Source: Candidatus Dormiibacterota bacterium | GTDB lineage: Archaea > Thermoproteota > Bathyarchaeia > 40CM-2-53-6 | Assembly: GCA_035637535.1 (NCBI GenBank) | Contig: DASPWZ010000049.1 | Location: 42,539 to 106,538, forward strand | Reading direction: 5' to 3' | DNA: 64,000 nucleotides | Part shown: positions 36,966 to 46,052 of the stretch, one piece after another | How the letters are laid out: each line of letters opens with the position of its first letter | Numbering within the stretch: the stretch's first letter is position 1 | The notes under the pieces: generated by a model | Told to the model about the DNA's origin: nothing | The model's input: the letters and a program-made list of their open reading frames with translations, nothing else | Databases searched by the model: none | Made by a program: the position numbers and the translations under genes

Positions 36966-37877
36966 TCAGTTTGAAGTTGAATCTTGGAGTTCTTCTGCAA
37001 CGGATTCGAGATACTCGTGCGCCTTGTCCGCGTCCTCATCGTTGATCTCATGAAGACTGTATCGAGCCTCCTCAAAGAGTCGGGTTAGGTCGGTGGTCGC
37101 TGGTCCCTTTAGAGCAAAGGTCGACCGCACCGCCCTGTCAAGCTCCCGTGCAGTTAAGTCCGACGAGACAGGTGCTCCAAGCCTCGAGACAGTTGTAATT
37201 AGGCGCTCGTAGCAGGCAATTATCCTGCTTCTCGGGTCTGATGCTGACTCCACGACTATCTTGATCGCCTCCTGAACGGCTTTTAATCTCTCTTCTTGAT
37301 TTCCCTGCAATTCTTGGACTGTCGCATCGTGTGTTCCCCTTAACGCGACTCTGACGCTTTGGATGACGACCACTCCTCCAACAATAAGAAGGCTCAGAAA
37401 CGCTAGGCTGAACCACGAGTTCTGCACAAGATTGGAAAGCGCTGGAAGAATACCGCCTGTCTGGAGTATGTTGGGAGTCGTCGCATCTTCTCCTGTGATG
37501 CTTTTCGCGATGGTAGCGTTTGTTGCCTGTGTAGGGTTGAAAATGCTACCTTTGGTTTCGATGAGTACTCCAATGGCGAGGGCCCAGAAGAACCCCTGGA
37601 GAAAGATTGCGTAGCGGGAACGACGCTTTCGCATTTGTCTTCGCTTAGCTATCCCGTAACCGATTGCGGCTCCTATGTCTCGATAGTTTAGCCCGATTAT
37701 GACGACCACGGCGACCATTGCGCCAAGAATCACCACGGGTCCGAGATAGACGAGATAGAGTAACCAGTATGATCGGAAGAGAAGATTTCCTCCGGGAGTC
37801 CCGTGTGAAAGAGAGGCTAGTGCGAACGCGAGTACGATCAAACCCACTATGTACGGTAAGATCCGGGGAATCTTCAA
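36966..37877 (-). CDS. DUF4129-like transmembrane protein (first gene of the MoxR operon)
   Basis: 303 aa with multiple TMs and a C-terminal soluble region. Conserved synteny with MoxR/DUF58. Confidence 0.5.
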   Translation of the reverse strand: MKIPRILPYIVGLIVLAFALASLSHGTPGGNLLFRSYWLLYLVYLGPVVILGAMVAVVVIIGLNYRDIGAAIGYGIAKRRQMRKRRSRYAIFLQGFFWALAIGVLIETKGSIFNPTQATNATIAKSITGEDATTPNILQTGGILPALSNLVQNSWFSLAFLSLLIVGGVVVIQSVRVALRGTHDATVQELQGNQEERLKAVQEAIKIVVESASDPRSRIIACYERLITTVSRLGAPVSSDLTARELDRAVRSTFALKGPATTDLTRLFEEARYSLHEINDEDADKAHEYLESVAEELQDSTSN

Positions 37878-37953
37878 GACGAAGGGTCCGAAGGATGACT
37901 GCTGCTATTAGCGATAAATAGTTGTCCTAAGATTGGGAGACTTCTGCAGAAAC

Positions 37954-38232
37954 CTAGTCTTTTACTGCTTCGAGGATGCTTGCAACATTCCAGAGCTTTA
38001 CGCGCGTGTAGGGTGGCATGTTGGGGTCTTGTCCGATCTCGTCCAGTAGTGATATTGCGTTTGACGCTCTTACGCCGATCGTGTTTGACAGTGCTTGTAG
38101 AGCGTCCATTGCGTCTTTTGCGGCTCTACGAATGTTGCGTGGAGTAGTGTTATCGTTTGAGACTTCGTTCAGAACGCCAAGGGCCTGTTTGATTCTGGCC
38201 TCGTATTCCTCTTTCCGTTTTGCCTTTTGCAA
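37954..38232 (-). CDS. UPF0147-family small archaeal protein
   Basis: 92 aa. 'NIRRAAKDAMDAL ... LDEIGQDPNMP' matches the UPF0147 pattern. Confidence 0.5.
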   Translation of the reverse strand: MQKAKRKEEYEARIKQALGVLNEVSNDNTTPRNIRRAAKDAMDALQALSNTIGVRASNAISLLDEIGQDPNMPPYTRVKLWNVASILEAVKD

Positions 38233-38585
38233 GCCATCTCACCAAACTCTTGAAAGGGCCCTGTGGTCCTAGACGCATCCTAGCCCGACAGGTGGCTATC
38301 GGTCTTCTTAATTAAAAGATTTCCATACGGGGAGATCCTCGTCGCGGCCTTAGTGGGCAGTCTTCTGAGGTTGGTGAATGGTATGGGTTCCTTGGCAGCA
38401 GTCCAGGCATTGGCTGCAAGTGATGCAGAAGTGATCTTCGGAGAAGAGTTCTCTCTGGCAGGAAGGACATTTTCGCCAGAGTTGAGCCGCGTTCTTGCGG
38501 TGCATGGTTGGTATAGAAATTGTTCGTCGACAAATATGAACATTCCAATCCCCAGAAGAGTTATGCTTTGGGGGAAGGAATATAG

Positions 38586-39176
38586 TTGCCCGAAGCGAAG
38601 AGCGGAATGCAGTCTCTCTTGCCAACTTCTCTTGAGGAAGATCCGTCGCTGGGTACCCTAGACAAATTCCCGACTGTACTGCACGCTCGGGCCTCGTTTT
38701 TGTTTGACATCAATCCTAAATCGTTGCAGAAGGCTCTCGTTTCCGCGTTAGCATCCCTTCGAACAAATCCAAAGTCTCGGGAAATTACAGTGGCTGATCA
38801 GGATGGTTACTCGAAAGGACAAGTAGCCTTCAAGCTAGGAATCGGTAACAGTGATGGGTTCGACATTCTAGATTCCAAGGAAGAGGAGCGAGTCTTGCAC
38901 AGAATCGAAAACCAGGGTTCGCTGGATATTCTAGACCTGGCTTTCCAACTTCACTATTCGCTGAGTGATGGTAGGAGACATAGGGTCCACGAGGATCACT
39001 ACATCTTGCGGCTGGTCTTCCAGCCTGGGAGAGTCGAGGTCTTGGTCCATCACTTGAAAGGTGTCAGAAGAGTCGAGCCCGACGAGCTGATCAGGCTCAT
39101 AGTACAAGAGCTCAACGTTGAGTTGACCCGCGACCGGTACGCTCAGGTCGAGCTAGAGGCAGTAGAGATTACCTAA
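38586..39176 (+). CDS. Hypothetical protein (196 aa); it overlaps the end of another plus-strand ORF (38353..38661), so a frameshift is possible
   Basis: ORF with protein-like composition. No family recognised. Confidence 0.35.
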   Translation: MPEAKSGMQSLLPTSLEEDPSLGTLDKFPTVLHARASFLFDINPKSLQKALVSALASLRTNPKSREITVADQDGYSKGQVAFKLGIGNSDGFDILDSKEEERVLHRIENQGSLDILDLAFQLHYSLSDGRRHRVHEDHYILRLVFQPGRVEVLVHHLKGVRRVEPDELIRLIVQELNVELTRDRYAQVELEAVEIT

Positions 39177-39191
39177 CCGTTGATCTGATTC

Positions 39192-39788
39192 TCAAGATGA
39201 GAATCTGAACCTTTTTCTGACGATACTCCAGACGACCTCGTGCACTTCTTCAACGGGCCGGTTTGCGTCAACCATCTTCCAACCCAACTTCTTTGCTAAT
39301 CTTCGGTAGGTCAGTCCGACTCTCAATAGCAACTTCTTGTCTCTCTCGTGAACATCTCTCCCGCTCGATTTTCGGCCGAAGGATGAGAGCACGGGAACGT
39401 CGAGAACAATGACGAGGCTCGCTGTAGGCAGCCCTCGGTCCAAGCCCTGCAGCCATTCCAGGCCTAAGCCTCTCGAGACTCCGTACGCCAGATTTGACGG
39501 GTAGTACCTGTCGGCAATTACAAAATCTGATTTCTCGGTTAGATTGGTTATGAGTTCTTGATTCTCCCATCTGTTTAGAGAGTAGAGCATGTGGAGTGCT
39601 GTCGCCGGATATTCTTGCTTGCCAGCGAGGAATCGTTGTATCTGTCTGCCTGATGGTGATCTGTAGATGGGGAAGCTGATGGTGCCGACTCTTGCGCCCT
39701 TTCTCTCGAGCTCTTCTGCGAGGAGTCGTGTCTGGGTTCTCTTGCCCGACTGGTCTATTCCTTCTAAAGCTATGATCTTGCCTCGCAT
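39192..39788 (-). CDS. tmk: Thymidylate kinase
   Basis: P-loop 'LEGIDQSGKRTQ', DRY-like region, and a lid. 198 aa. Confidence 0.8.
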   Translation of the reverse strand: MRGKIIALEGIDQSGKRTQTRLLAEELERKGARVGTISFPIYRSPSGRQIQRFLAGKQEYPATALHMLYSLNRWENQELITNLTEKSDFVIADRYYPSNLAYGVSRGLGLEWLQGLDRGLPTASLVIVLDVPVLSSFGRKSSGRDVHERDKKLLLRVGLTYRRLAKKLGWKMVDANRPVEEVHEVVWSIVRKRFRFSS

Positions 39789-39900
39789 TGCTCTGAGATT
39801 GCCTGAGTCTCGTTGTGGATAATAACGATTAGAAGTTAGACGATCAATCTTGACCGGGCTCGTCTTCGTCTGAGGCTGACGTGTTTTTCAGGTGTTGATA

Positions 39901-40019
39901 TGGTGGACCGGGCGGGATTTGAACCCGCGGCCTTCCGGAGGCTTGGCTTCGATGTCTGCTTGCAAACCGGACGTTCTTTGGCCTGATGTTGTCAGTATAC
40001 CAGGCTGAACTACCGGCCC
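39901..40019 (-). tRNA. tRNA-Ala (anticodon UGC) with two introns of about 21 nt each, one in the D-loop and one near position 38/39; CCA encoded
   Basis: Manual fold: acceptor GGGCCGG/CCGGTCC carrying the G3:U70 Ala identity pair. D-stem GTTC/GAAC interrupted by 'TACTGACAACATCAGGCCAAA'. Anticodon arm TCCGG-TTTGCAA-[intron]-CCGGA. T-arm GCGGG-TTCAAAT-CCCGC. ACCA at the 3' end. Confidence 0.8.
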
Positions 40020-40063
40020 ACGGGTCGCGTGGTTTCTCTGGTTTGTTTGTTAAGTCTTGTTTG

Positions 40064-40185
40064 TGGGGCCGCCGCCGGGACGTTCACACCGTGTTGGGGT
40101 GGTTTGAACCCGGCCTCCAGGCTCCACTGGCCAAGGCTTTCTATGCCTTTCAGGCCTGTACGCTACCAAGCTACGTTACGGCGGC
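40064..40185 (-). tRNA. tRNA-Phe (anticodon GAA) with two introns, one after position 38 (~24 nt) and one in the T-loop region (~21 nt); CCA encoded
   Basis: Manual fold: acceptor GCCGCCG/CGGCGGC. Anticodon arm CAGGC-CTGAAAG-[intron]-GCCTG. T-arm CCGGG-TTCAAAC-[intron]-CCCGG. Discriminator C plus CCA. 54 nt from tRNA-Ala, same strand. Confidence 0.7.
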
Positions 40186-40472
40186 CACGAGTGGAGTCGC
40201 TGTGTCTCGCGGAATATCTAAGTTTCCAACGGGACCGGACCGCGAAGAACTAGTAAGAATTCGTTTCAGAGGCGTTTTTCACGCCTTTCCGGTCTCTTTT
40301 GTAACATCGATCTATCCATTTTTACAGAATACGGTAGGGCCTATTTCCATGAACATGATTGAGAGACCGGTGATTGAGTCTCGATTTTTCGTCTGAACGT
40401 GCTCAAGTCATAGGGGGATTTCTGCAAAAGCGCTATGAAAGGCCTACCCATTACGGGCGGTTCCGACTAGAG

Positions 40473-40730
40473 ATGGCAAGTCCCAAGAAAGAACTCATGA
40501 TGTTACGGGTCTTCCGCCTGACCCTTCCGGCGGCCCTGCTCGTATCTTTAACGTGGATGACGCTGTTCACGGATTCCGCGCGCCAAGCTGTGATCAATTC
40601 TCTAGGAGCCAACGCTAACATCATCATATTCATCCTCGGACTATTCCTAGTCCTCGGACTCTACTGGGTCATGGGCGTCTACGAACGCAAAATACTCTAT
40701 GAGAACCACCGCACCAGGCCAGCCTTCTAG
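40473..40730 (+). CDS. Small membrane protein (start at the internal ATG)
   Basis: 'MASPKKELMMLRVFRLTLPAALLVSL...' has two TM segments. Confidence 0.35.
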   Translation: MASPKKELMMLRVFRLTLPAALLVSLTWMTLFTDSARQAVINSLGANANIIIFILGLFLVLGLYWVMGVYERKILYENHRTRPAF

Positions 40731-41098
40731 GAACCACTCTGACGTCACAGAACTCTCGTGACTTTCTCCTTTTTCGGTCGGTGGGCTCTCTCCTTCAGGG
40801 AGGAGAATTCCTCTCGAAGGGCAGTTTTGTGTCGCGGGAAATATTTTTTTCTAAATTCTAGCAAGGGTCCACTCTCCGTCTGAAACGTTTCTTGGCGAGA
40901 TTATCGTTTTTTCGCGCAAAACATGCGAGTCAGCGATTTTTCAACAAGTGTTCATCTGTATCGATGCAAGCGTGAACTGGGCATCATATGAAATGCTCCT
41001 CCCAGACCCCAATTCAGGGTTCATTCTGCGCGAATTTGTGCGCCTGCTAGGTCTTGCATCTGAACAGCTAAGAGTATCAAGATTCCGAAGACGAGATA

Positions 41099-41479
41099 AT
41101 GAGACTGAGAAATCTTTCCTATGTTACGCTCTGGGCTGTCAATTTCGACCAGGAGAAGCATTTGTACAAAGAAATTCTGGGACTACCCGTCGCGCAGGAG
41201 AATGATAACTTCATCATGTTTGACTCCAAAGGATCAAGGCTAGCATTTCACCTGCTAAAGAAAGGAAGCCGACTGGATCGGCAAACGGTCGAGTTGCACT
41301 TCGAAGTGGACGATGTAGACGAAGTCTACTCGGCGTTGCAGCGTAAGGGAGTCAAGTTTGCTGTCAAGCCCGCTAATCGGCCATGGGGGAATCGCATGGC
41401 GAGCTTTCGCGATGCTGAAGGATACGTAGTCGAGATTGTCGGCCCGCAGAAGGCGGACGAACCAGTGAAAGGAGATTAG
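41099..41479 (+). CDS. VOC-family protein (glyoxalase / bleomycin-resistance fold)
   Basis: 'LSYVTLWAVNFDQEKHLYKEILGL ... VELHFEVDDVDEVY ... WGNRMASFRDAEGYVVEIV' matches the VOC fold. Confidence 0.7.
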   Translation: MRLRNLSYVTLWAVNFDQEKHLYKEILGLPVAQENDNFIMFDSKGSRLAFHLLKKGSRLDRQTVELHFEVDDVDEVYSALQRKGVKFAVKPANRPWGNRMASFRDAEGYVVEIVGPQKADEPVKGD

Positions 41480-41829
41480 GACTTCTTCCTACGTCTCTTG
41501 TCGGTAGACACTGGTGCAGGCGCGCCAGGGAAGAAGTAGGGCATAGTTGCCGCGGCTGGCGGCGGCGTAGCCGCCGCATCTTGTTTAGTATGCGTCACTA
41601 GGTGGGGAGGAACGATTTCCAATATTCCAGATTGGCTCAGTACCCGGTGATCGTCGAGGCCGTTGTGGCGTAGAAACTTGTGCAAGAGCAGTTTGACTTC
41701 CTTGTGCTTGAGGCCTTCAACTTGAATCTGGTTTCCCTTGGTCGAAACGCGGCCGTTGAGGCTCTTGACATGTTCTCCAAGAAAGTCTACAGCCGATCCA
41801 ATTTTTCCAGGCAGTCTTGCGAGGTTCAC
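41476..41829 (-). CDS. Hypothetical protein with a basic, Pro/Ala-rich C-terminal tail
   Basis: 117 aa ORF. No family recognised. Confidence 0.3.
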   Translation of the reverse strand: MNLARLPGKIGSAVDFLGEHVKSLNGRVSTKGNQIQVEGLKHKEVKLLLHKFLRHNGLDDHRVLSQSGILEIVPPHLVTHTKQDAAATPPPAAATMPYFFPGAPAPVSTDKRRRKKS

Positions 41830-41940
41830 CGTCTGCTGCTGTTTTTTCTCTCTTCCAACGGGTTTTGAACCGTTCTTCGGTTTGAAGTTGATAGCCCCCG
41901 AATCTCTCGACAGGTTCCTCTTTAAGAATCTGAGTCGAAT

Positions 41941-42456
41941 TTAGAGCTCGCCAGTTCTTGATCTGGCTGCAGTTTCGGCCTCGACTTTGTAGAACTCGGC
42001 GAGTTCGAATGATTCCTTAATCTGTTTCTCCAGTTCCTCCATCGGAGGATAAACGGATCTATAGATCTCAAGAGGACCCACGTGAGACTTTACGTGGATG
42101 ATGTAGGTCGGGTAGGCGGCGTGGCCGAATATTCGCTTACTGTTCCAGGATTCGCCCTTGTTGCCGTCTTGGTAGTTTACGTGATAACTTCGGAATCGAA
42201 TCTTCTCGGGGTTTTCTCGGCTCATCTTTTCCGCGAGCGTCCTGAAGAGGGGCTTCTGGGTCTCGCATCCTGAGCAACCCTGACGGGTTAGTGCGGTGAC
42301 ATAGACGATACCGAGTTCACTTACGAGCTCTGCTAGCGCTTCTTCTGCTGTTCGACTCTTCAACTTGTTGAATTCGACGATTTCCGGGAGTTCTCTCCTT
42401 ACGACCTCTGCTGAGAGGGTCAATAGTGTTCGTACAAGCTGTTGAGAGGCCGCCAA
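41941..42456 (-). CDS. Thioredoxin-fold protein with a CSGC motif
   Basis: 'YVTALTRQGCSGCETQKPLF' is a CxxC in a thioredoxin-like context. Confidence 0.5.
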   Translation of the reverse strand: MAASQQLVRTLLTLSAEVVRRELPEIVEFNKLKSRTAEEALAELVSELGIVYVTALTRQGCSGCETQKPLFRTLAEKMSRENPEKIRFRSYHVNYQDGNKGESWNSKRIFGHAAYPTYIIHVKSHVGPLEIYRSVYPPMEELEKQIKESFELAEFYKVEAETAARSRTGEL

Positions 42457-42541
42457 TATAATTCTGTAGTTTGCTGCCGTCCGAGCCTTTGAGATTGGAA
42501 CCTGTGATCTAGGCAGAATAAAGAAAGGGGGAAGGGTCCAG

Positions 42542-43315
42542 TTAAGGACCCGAGCTTTTCCAGGTCACTGAGAAGCTGTCGCCGCTGCTGGATAGCGATG
42601 ATGGCTGGGCTTTGACGGCTCCGGAGTTGGAAACCATCGTGATCACTTGGACCGAGGAGCCGAACGATCCGATAGTTCCTGGGGTCCCATTCACCGTGGT
42701 GGTGCACGACGAGTATGAGACTGTTCCAAAGTCAGCTAGGGGTAGAATGCCTCCGCTGGAAGATGGTGCTTCAGCAATCCATTCCGCTGAAGATCGCTGA
42801 GCAGAGCGTACTCTCGCTGATGTGCTGAAGGAAACGCCTGTTGACGTGTCTGTAATGGTCACAGTGAACGATCTTCCGTTGAAACTGGCTTCGGCGGTCA
42901 TGTGGTCTCCAGGTCTAACCGTGAGTCCATTGATGAGGAACGAGGGGTGTGGGTAGAACTCGTACCATGCATAGTAGGTTGGTACGCCATTTTGGCAGTC
43001 TGAGTCCGTGCCTGTCTGTTCGACTGTCCCTGAACTGAACCCGTCTATGCCTACCCAGAAAGACGAGTACTGGTTGGTGCTCGGACATGTTCCTTGTATT
43101 GTGGGGACTGTCCATGATCCTTTGGCATCGCTGACCGAGCCAGCGGCTCCGGTTACTGCATAGCCGCTCCAGTTCGTGCTGGTGAAGCTACCGTCACGCG
43201 CGCGCGGCGCAAGGGTCAATTGTGGAACCGGGAGTGCCGAAGCGATCATGAGGAACGAGAGAACGATGAACGCTGTTGCAATGGCAGATGAAGCAGATAT
43301 TGTCTGCACTTTCAT
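42542..43315 (-). CDS. Secreted G1-family (eqolisin-like) glutamic peptidase
   Basis: Signal peptide 'MKVQTISASSAIATAFIVLSFLMIASA'. 'TSTNWSGYAV' and 'SAEWIAE' match the scytalidoglutamic-peptidase catalytic Gln/Glu motifs. The start is placed at the internal ATG. Confidence 0.6.
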   Translation of the reverse strand: MKVQTISASSAIATAFIVLSFLMIASALPVPQLTLAPRARDGSFTSTNWSGYAVTGAAGSVSDAKGSWTVPTIQGTCPSTNQYSSFWVGIDGFSSGTVEQTGTDSDCQNGVPTYYAWYEFYPHPSFLINGLTVRPGDHMTAEASFNGRSFTVTITDTSTGVSFSTSARVRSAQRSSAEWIAEAPSSSGGILPLADFGTVSYSSCTTTVNGTPGTIGSFGSSVQVITMVSNSGAVKAQPSSLSSSGDSFSVTWKSSGP

Positions 43316-43521
43316 TTTCAAGAACTGCTGCGCGGTGGATAATCTAGATAAGATTTGTGGACAGCATTCATCACAACTGAGTGCAATAGGTGTTCGAACT
43401 AGACGATCTGGGAAGGACAAATGCAACTTTCATTTGGTACAATGTGACAATGAGCCCAAAGGTTTCCGAAAGATTCAGAAGGCCCACTCTCTAAACTTCC
43501 GCCCGTAGATCGCGTGAAGCG

Positions 43522-44538
43522 TTGCTCTCGCCCAAGGTATCCTTGTTGGCATACGTGATACTAGCTATTTCCATGTCCTTTGCCATCGATCACGCTGCAT
43601 TGATAGAGCAACAACTGAACAGTCAGATTCTTCCGGCCCTAAGGTCCAACGTTGATGCCAATCGACCAATTAGCATGTGTGGGCGATCAGGCAGCGTTCT
43701 CACAGGGCATCGTGGAGATAGCAATTGTCCGCTCAACTTTACCCTATCCCTGAGCCAGAAGAGTCTCGTCCAAGCTCGCGGTTCAAACAGTTCAGTTCAA
43801 CTGTCAGTGACCTTCATCTCAGGCGTCTCGGCACCCGTAACTCTGTCTGCTCAAGGAGCGCCTGCTGACACGGAGATTCTGTTTGCTCCCGCATCGGCAA
43901 GGCCTTCGTTCTCGTCGACCATGACGATTTCGACGAACGAGGCAACTCCTCTGGGTCAGTTCAACATCACCATTCTCGCAGCGGGCAGTGGCGTTGAGAA
44001 ATCAATAGTCCTGTCTCTGCTAGTCGTCCTCATTGTTCACGACATAGCCATAGTCTCAGCCGCGATCCAGGGGACCGCTGCTGTCGGCAACATTGTCGTT
44101 ATCAATGCGACTGTCGCAAATTATGGGTCAGTGTCCGAGGCGTTCGAGCTACGAGCCTACGCGAACACCACCTTGGTCGCTGATCGATCTGTGCCAGGTC
44201 TTGCTTCTGAAGGAGTCTATGCGAGTCAGCTGATGTGGAACACATCTGGATTTTCCCCTGGAACGTATAGGGTACTGGTAGCTGTTCCTCCAGTTCCAGG
44301 CGAGCTCAACTTGCTCAACAATAGTCGAGAAGCGGGCCAAATGATTCTGACTCAAAGCCCAGGTTCTGGACCAAGTCCTTCACCTGCCGCGTCTGGAAGT
44401 GCGCAGGGTTTGAATTACGGACGTCAGCTGGCCATTGTCGCGGCGATTGCGGAAGCTGCTATCGTTTTCTTACTCGTTGTTCGTAGCAAACGTAGAGCTT
44501 CAACTGGAAACGCCTCAGCAGGAACCCGGAAGATCTAG
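43522..44538 (+). CDS. Surface-exposed CARDB-domain protein (signal peptide plus C-terminal TM anchor)
   Basis: 'NIVVINATVANYGSVSEAFELRAYAN ... PGTYRVLVAVPPVPGELNLLNNS' is the CARDB pattern. C-terminal 'LAIVAAIAEAAIVFLLVVRSKRR'. Confidence 0.6.
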   Translation: MLSPKVSLLAYVILAISMSFAIDHAALIEQQLNSQILPALRSNVDANRPISMCGRSGSVLTGHRGDSNCPLNFTLSLSQKSLVQARGSNSSVQLSVTFISGVSAPVTLSAQGAPADTEILFAPASARPSFSSTMTISTNEATPLGQFNITILAAGSGVEKSIVLSLLVVLIVHDIAIVSAAIQGTAAVGNIVVINATVANYGSVSEAFELRAYANTTLVADRSVPGLASEGVYASQLMWNTSGFSPGTYRVLVAVPPVPGELNLLNNSREAGQMILTQSPGSGPSPSPAASGSAQGLNYGRQLAIVAAIAEAAIVFLLVVRSKRRASTGNASAGTRKI

Positions 44539-44570
44539 CGGGCTCCACTACTCCCCGAATTCGCCTCACC

Positions 44571-44948
44571 CTAGCGGGGCAGATACGCTATTCCCTGAAT
44601 CTCCACCTTCATTCCAAACAGAAGATCAGCTCGTACCGTGGCCCGAGCAGGCTTAGGATCCGGGAAGAACGTCGAGTAAGCCTCGTTCATTTCAGAATAA
44701 TCATTTAGGTCACTGAGGTAAACCGTGGTCTGAAGCACGTATTCAAAGCCAGAATGCGCTGCTACCAGCACCCTCCGAAAGTTTTCCAGAGTCGTCTTAG
44801 TCTGGGACTTGACGTCTCCTGGCACTACTTTACCGTTCTGATCAATGGGTCCCTGACCTGAAACAAAGACTAGATCTCCAAACTTTATTCCTGGCGAAAA
44901 CGGCAGATTCATTGGCGCAGGCCCCGTTCTGACAAGTTCCTTTCTCAT
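44571..44948 (-). CDS. ridA: RidA (YjgF/TdcF) family reactive-intermediate deaminase
   Basis: 125 aa with the full RidA pattern including the C-terminal 'RATVRADLLFGMKVEI'. Confidence 0.85.
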   Translation of the reverse strand: MRKELVRTGPAPMNLPFSPGIKFGDLVFVSGQGPIDQNGKVVPGDVKSQTKTTLENFRRVLVAAHSGFEYVLQTTVYLSDLNDYSEMNEAYSTFFPDPKPARATVRADLLFGMKVEIQGIAYLPR

Positions 44949-45027
44949 AGTGCGTCGATATTGGATTTGGCATGTTGGGGTTTAAGAGTTAAGGGACTAA
45001 TCAAGAATTCCCCGAGTTAGAGCGGAT

Positions 45028-46002
45028 ATGTTAACCAGCGAGCACATCCTTGAGCCGATTACTACTACTCAGATAGAACAAGCTAGCGCGAGAATCCGGG
45101 GATCAGTGTTGCGGACCCCCATTGTCAGATTGAACATTGACTCTGACATGGAGATCTATCTGAAGCTTGAAAACTTGCAACCCACCGGCTCATTCAAAGT
45201 CCGGGGAGCCTGCAACGCTATCGCATTGGCAGGACCAGCAGCAAAGTCTCGCGGCGTATACACTTGTAGCGCCGGAAACATGGCGCAAGCCCTAGCCTGG
45301 CAGTCAAGGCAAAACGGGATCCCTTGTTCAGCTATCGTTCCAGACAATGCCCCTGAAACTAAGTTGCATGCCATCAAACGGTATGGAGCCAAGATCGTCC
45401 AGGTCTCCTTCGACGAGGTCTGGAAGGTGGTCACCACCCACAGATATGGCCCATTGGAGAGTTCGATTTTCATTCACCCTTTCAGTGACGAAAGGATGAT
45501 CGCTGGAAACGGAACTATAGGATTGGAAATTCTTGAAGACATTCCAGATGTGGATTCAGTAGTGATTCCTTTCGGAGGCGGGGGTCTTACTGCAGGAATC
45601 GCTACCGCGATTCATGAGAGAAAACCGACGACGCGAGTCTACGCAGTTGAACCAGAAACTGCTGCTCCACTTGCGGCTTCGTTCAGTTCAGGAAGGGCGA
45701 TGGAAGTAAAGCGGATTCCCAGCTTCGTGGACGGCATCGGCGGAAAGAGTGTTCTTCCTGAAATGTGGGAGATGGTCAGGCCATTGATTCAAGGTAGTAT
45801 TGTCTGCTCTTTGAGTGAGGTCGCCTCGGGCATCCGTCTGCTGGTCGAACGGAACCGAGTAGTGGCGGAGGGCGCTGGTGCTGCATCCGTAGCTGCGGCT
45901 CTTACGGGCAAGGCGGGCAAGGGGAAGATTGTCTGCGTGGTGTCGGGAGGAAACATTGACACTACCAAGCTCGAAACCATCCTATCCGGCAAAGTTCCCT
46001 GA
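45028..46002 (+). CDS. PLP-dependent threonine/serine dehydratase (fold-type II; IlvA/serine-racemase-like)
   Basis: 'SFKVRGACNAIA' PLP-lysine motif and the glycine-rich 'GGGGL' loop. 324 aa. Confidence 0.8.
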   Translation: MLTSEHILEPITTTQIEQASARIRGSVLRTPIVRLNIDSDMEIYLKLENLQPTGSFKVRGACNAIALAGPAAKSRGVYTCSAGNMAQALAWQSRQNGIPCSAIVPDNAPETKLHAIKRYGAKIVQVSFDEVWKVVTTHRYGPLESSIFIHPFSDERMIAGNGTIGLEILEDIPDVDSVVIPFGGGGLTAGIATAIHERKPTTRVYAVEPETAAPLAASFSSGRAMEVKRIPSFVDGIGGKSVLPEMWEMVRPLIQGSIVCSLSEVASGIRLLVERNRVVAEGAGAASVAAALTGKAGKGKIVCVVSGGNIDTTKLETILSGKVP

Positions 46003-46052
46003 GATGGGATTGGATTGATAGCGGAGATCGACTCGACCCAACAAACGAAGAG

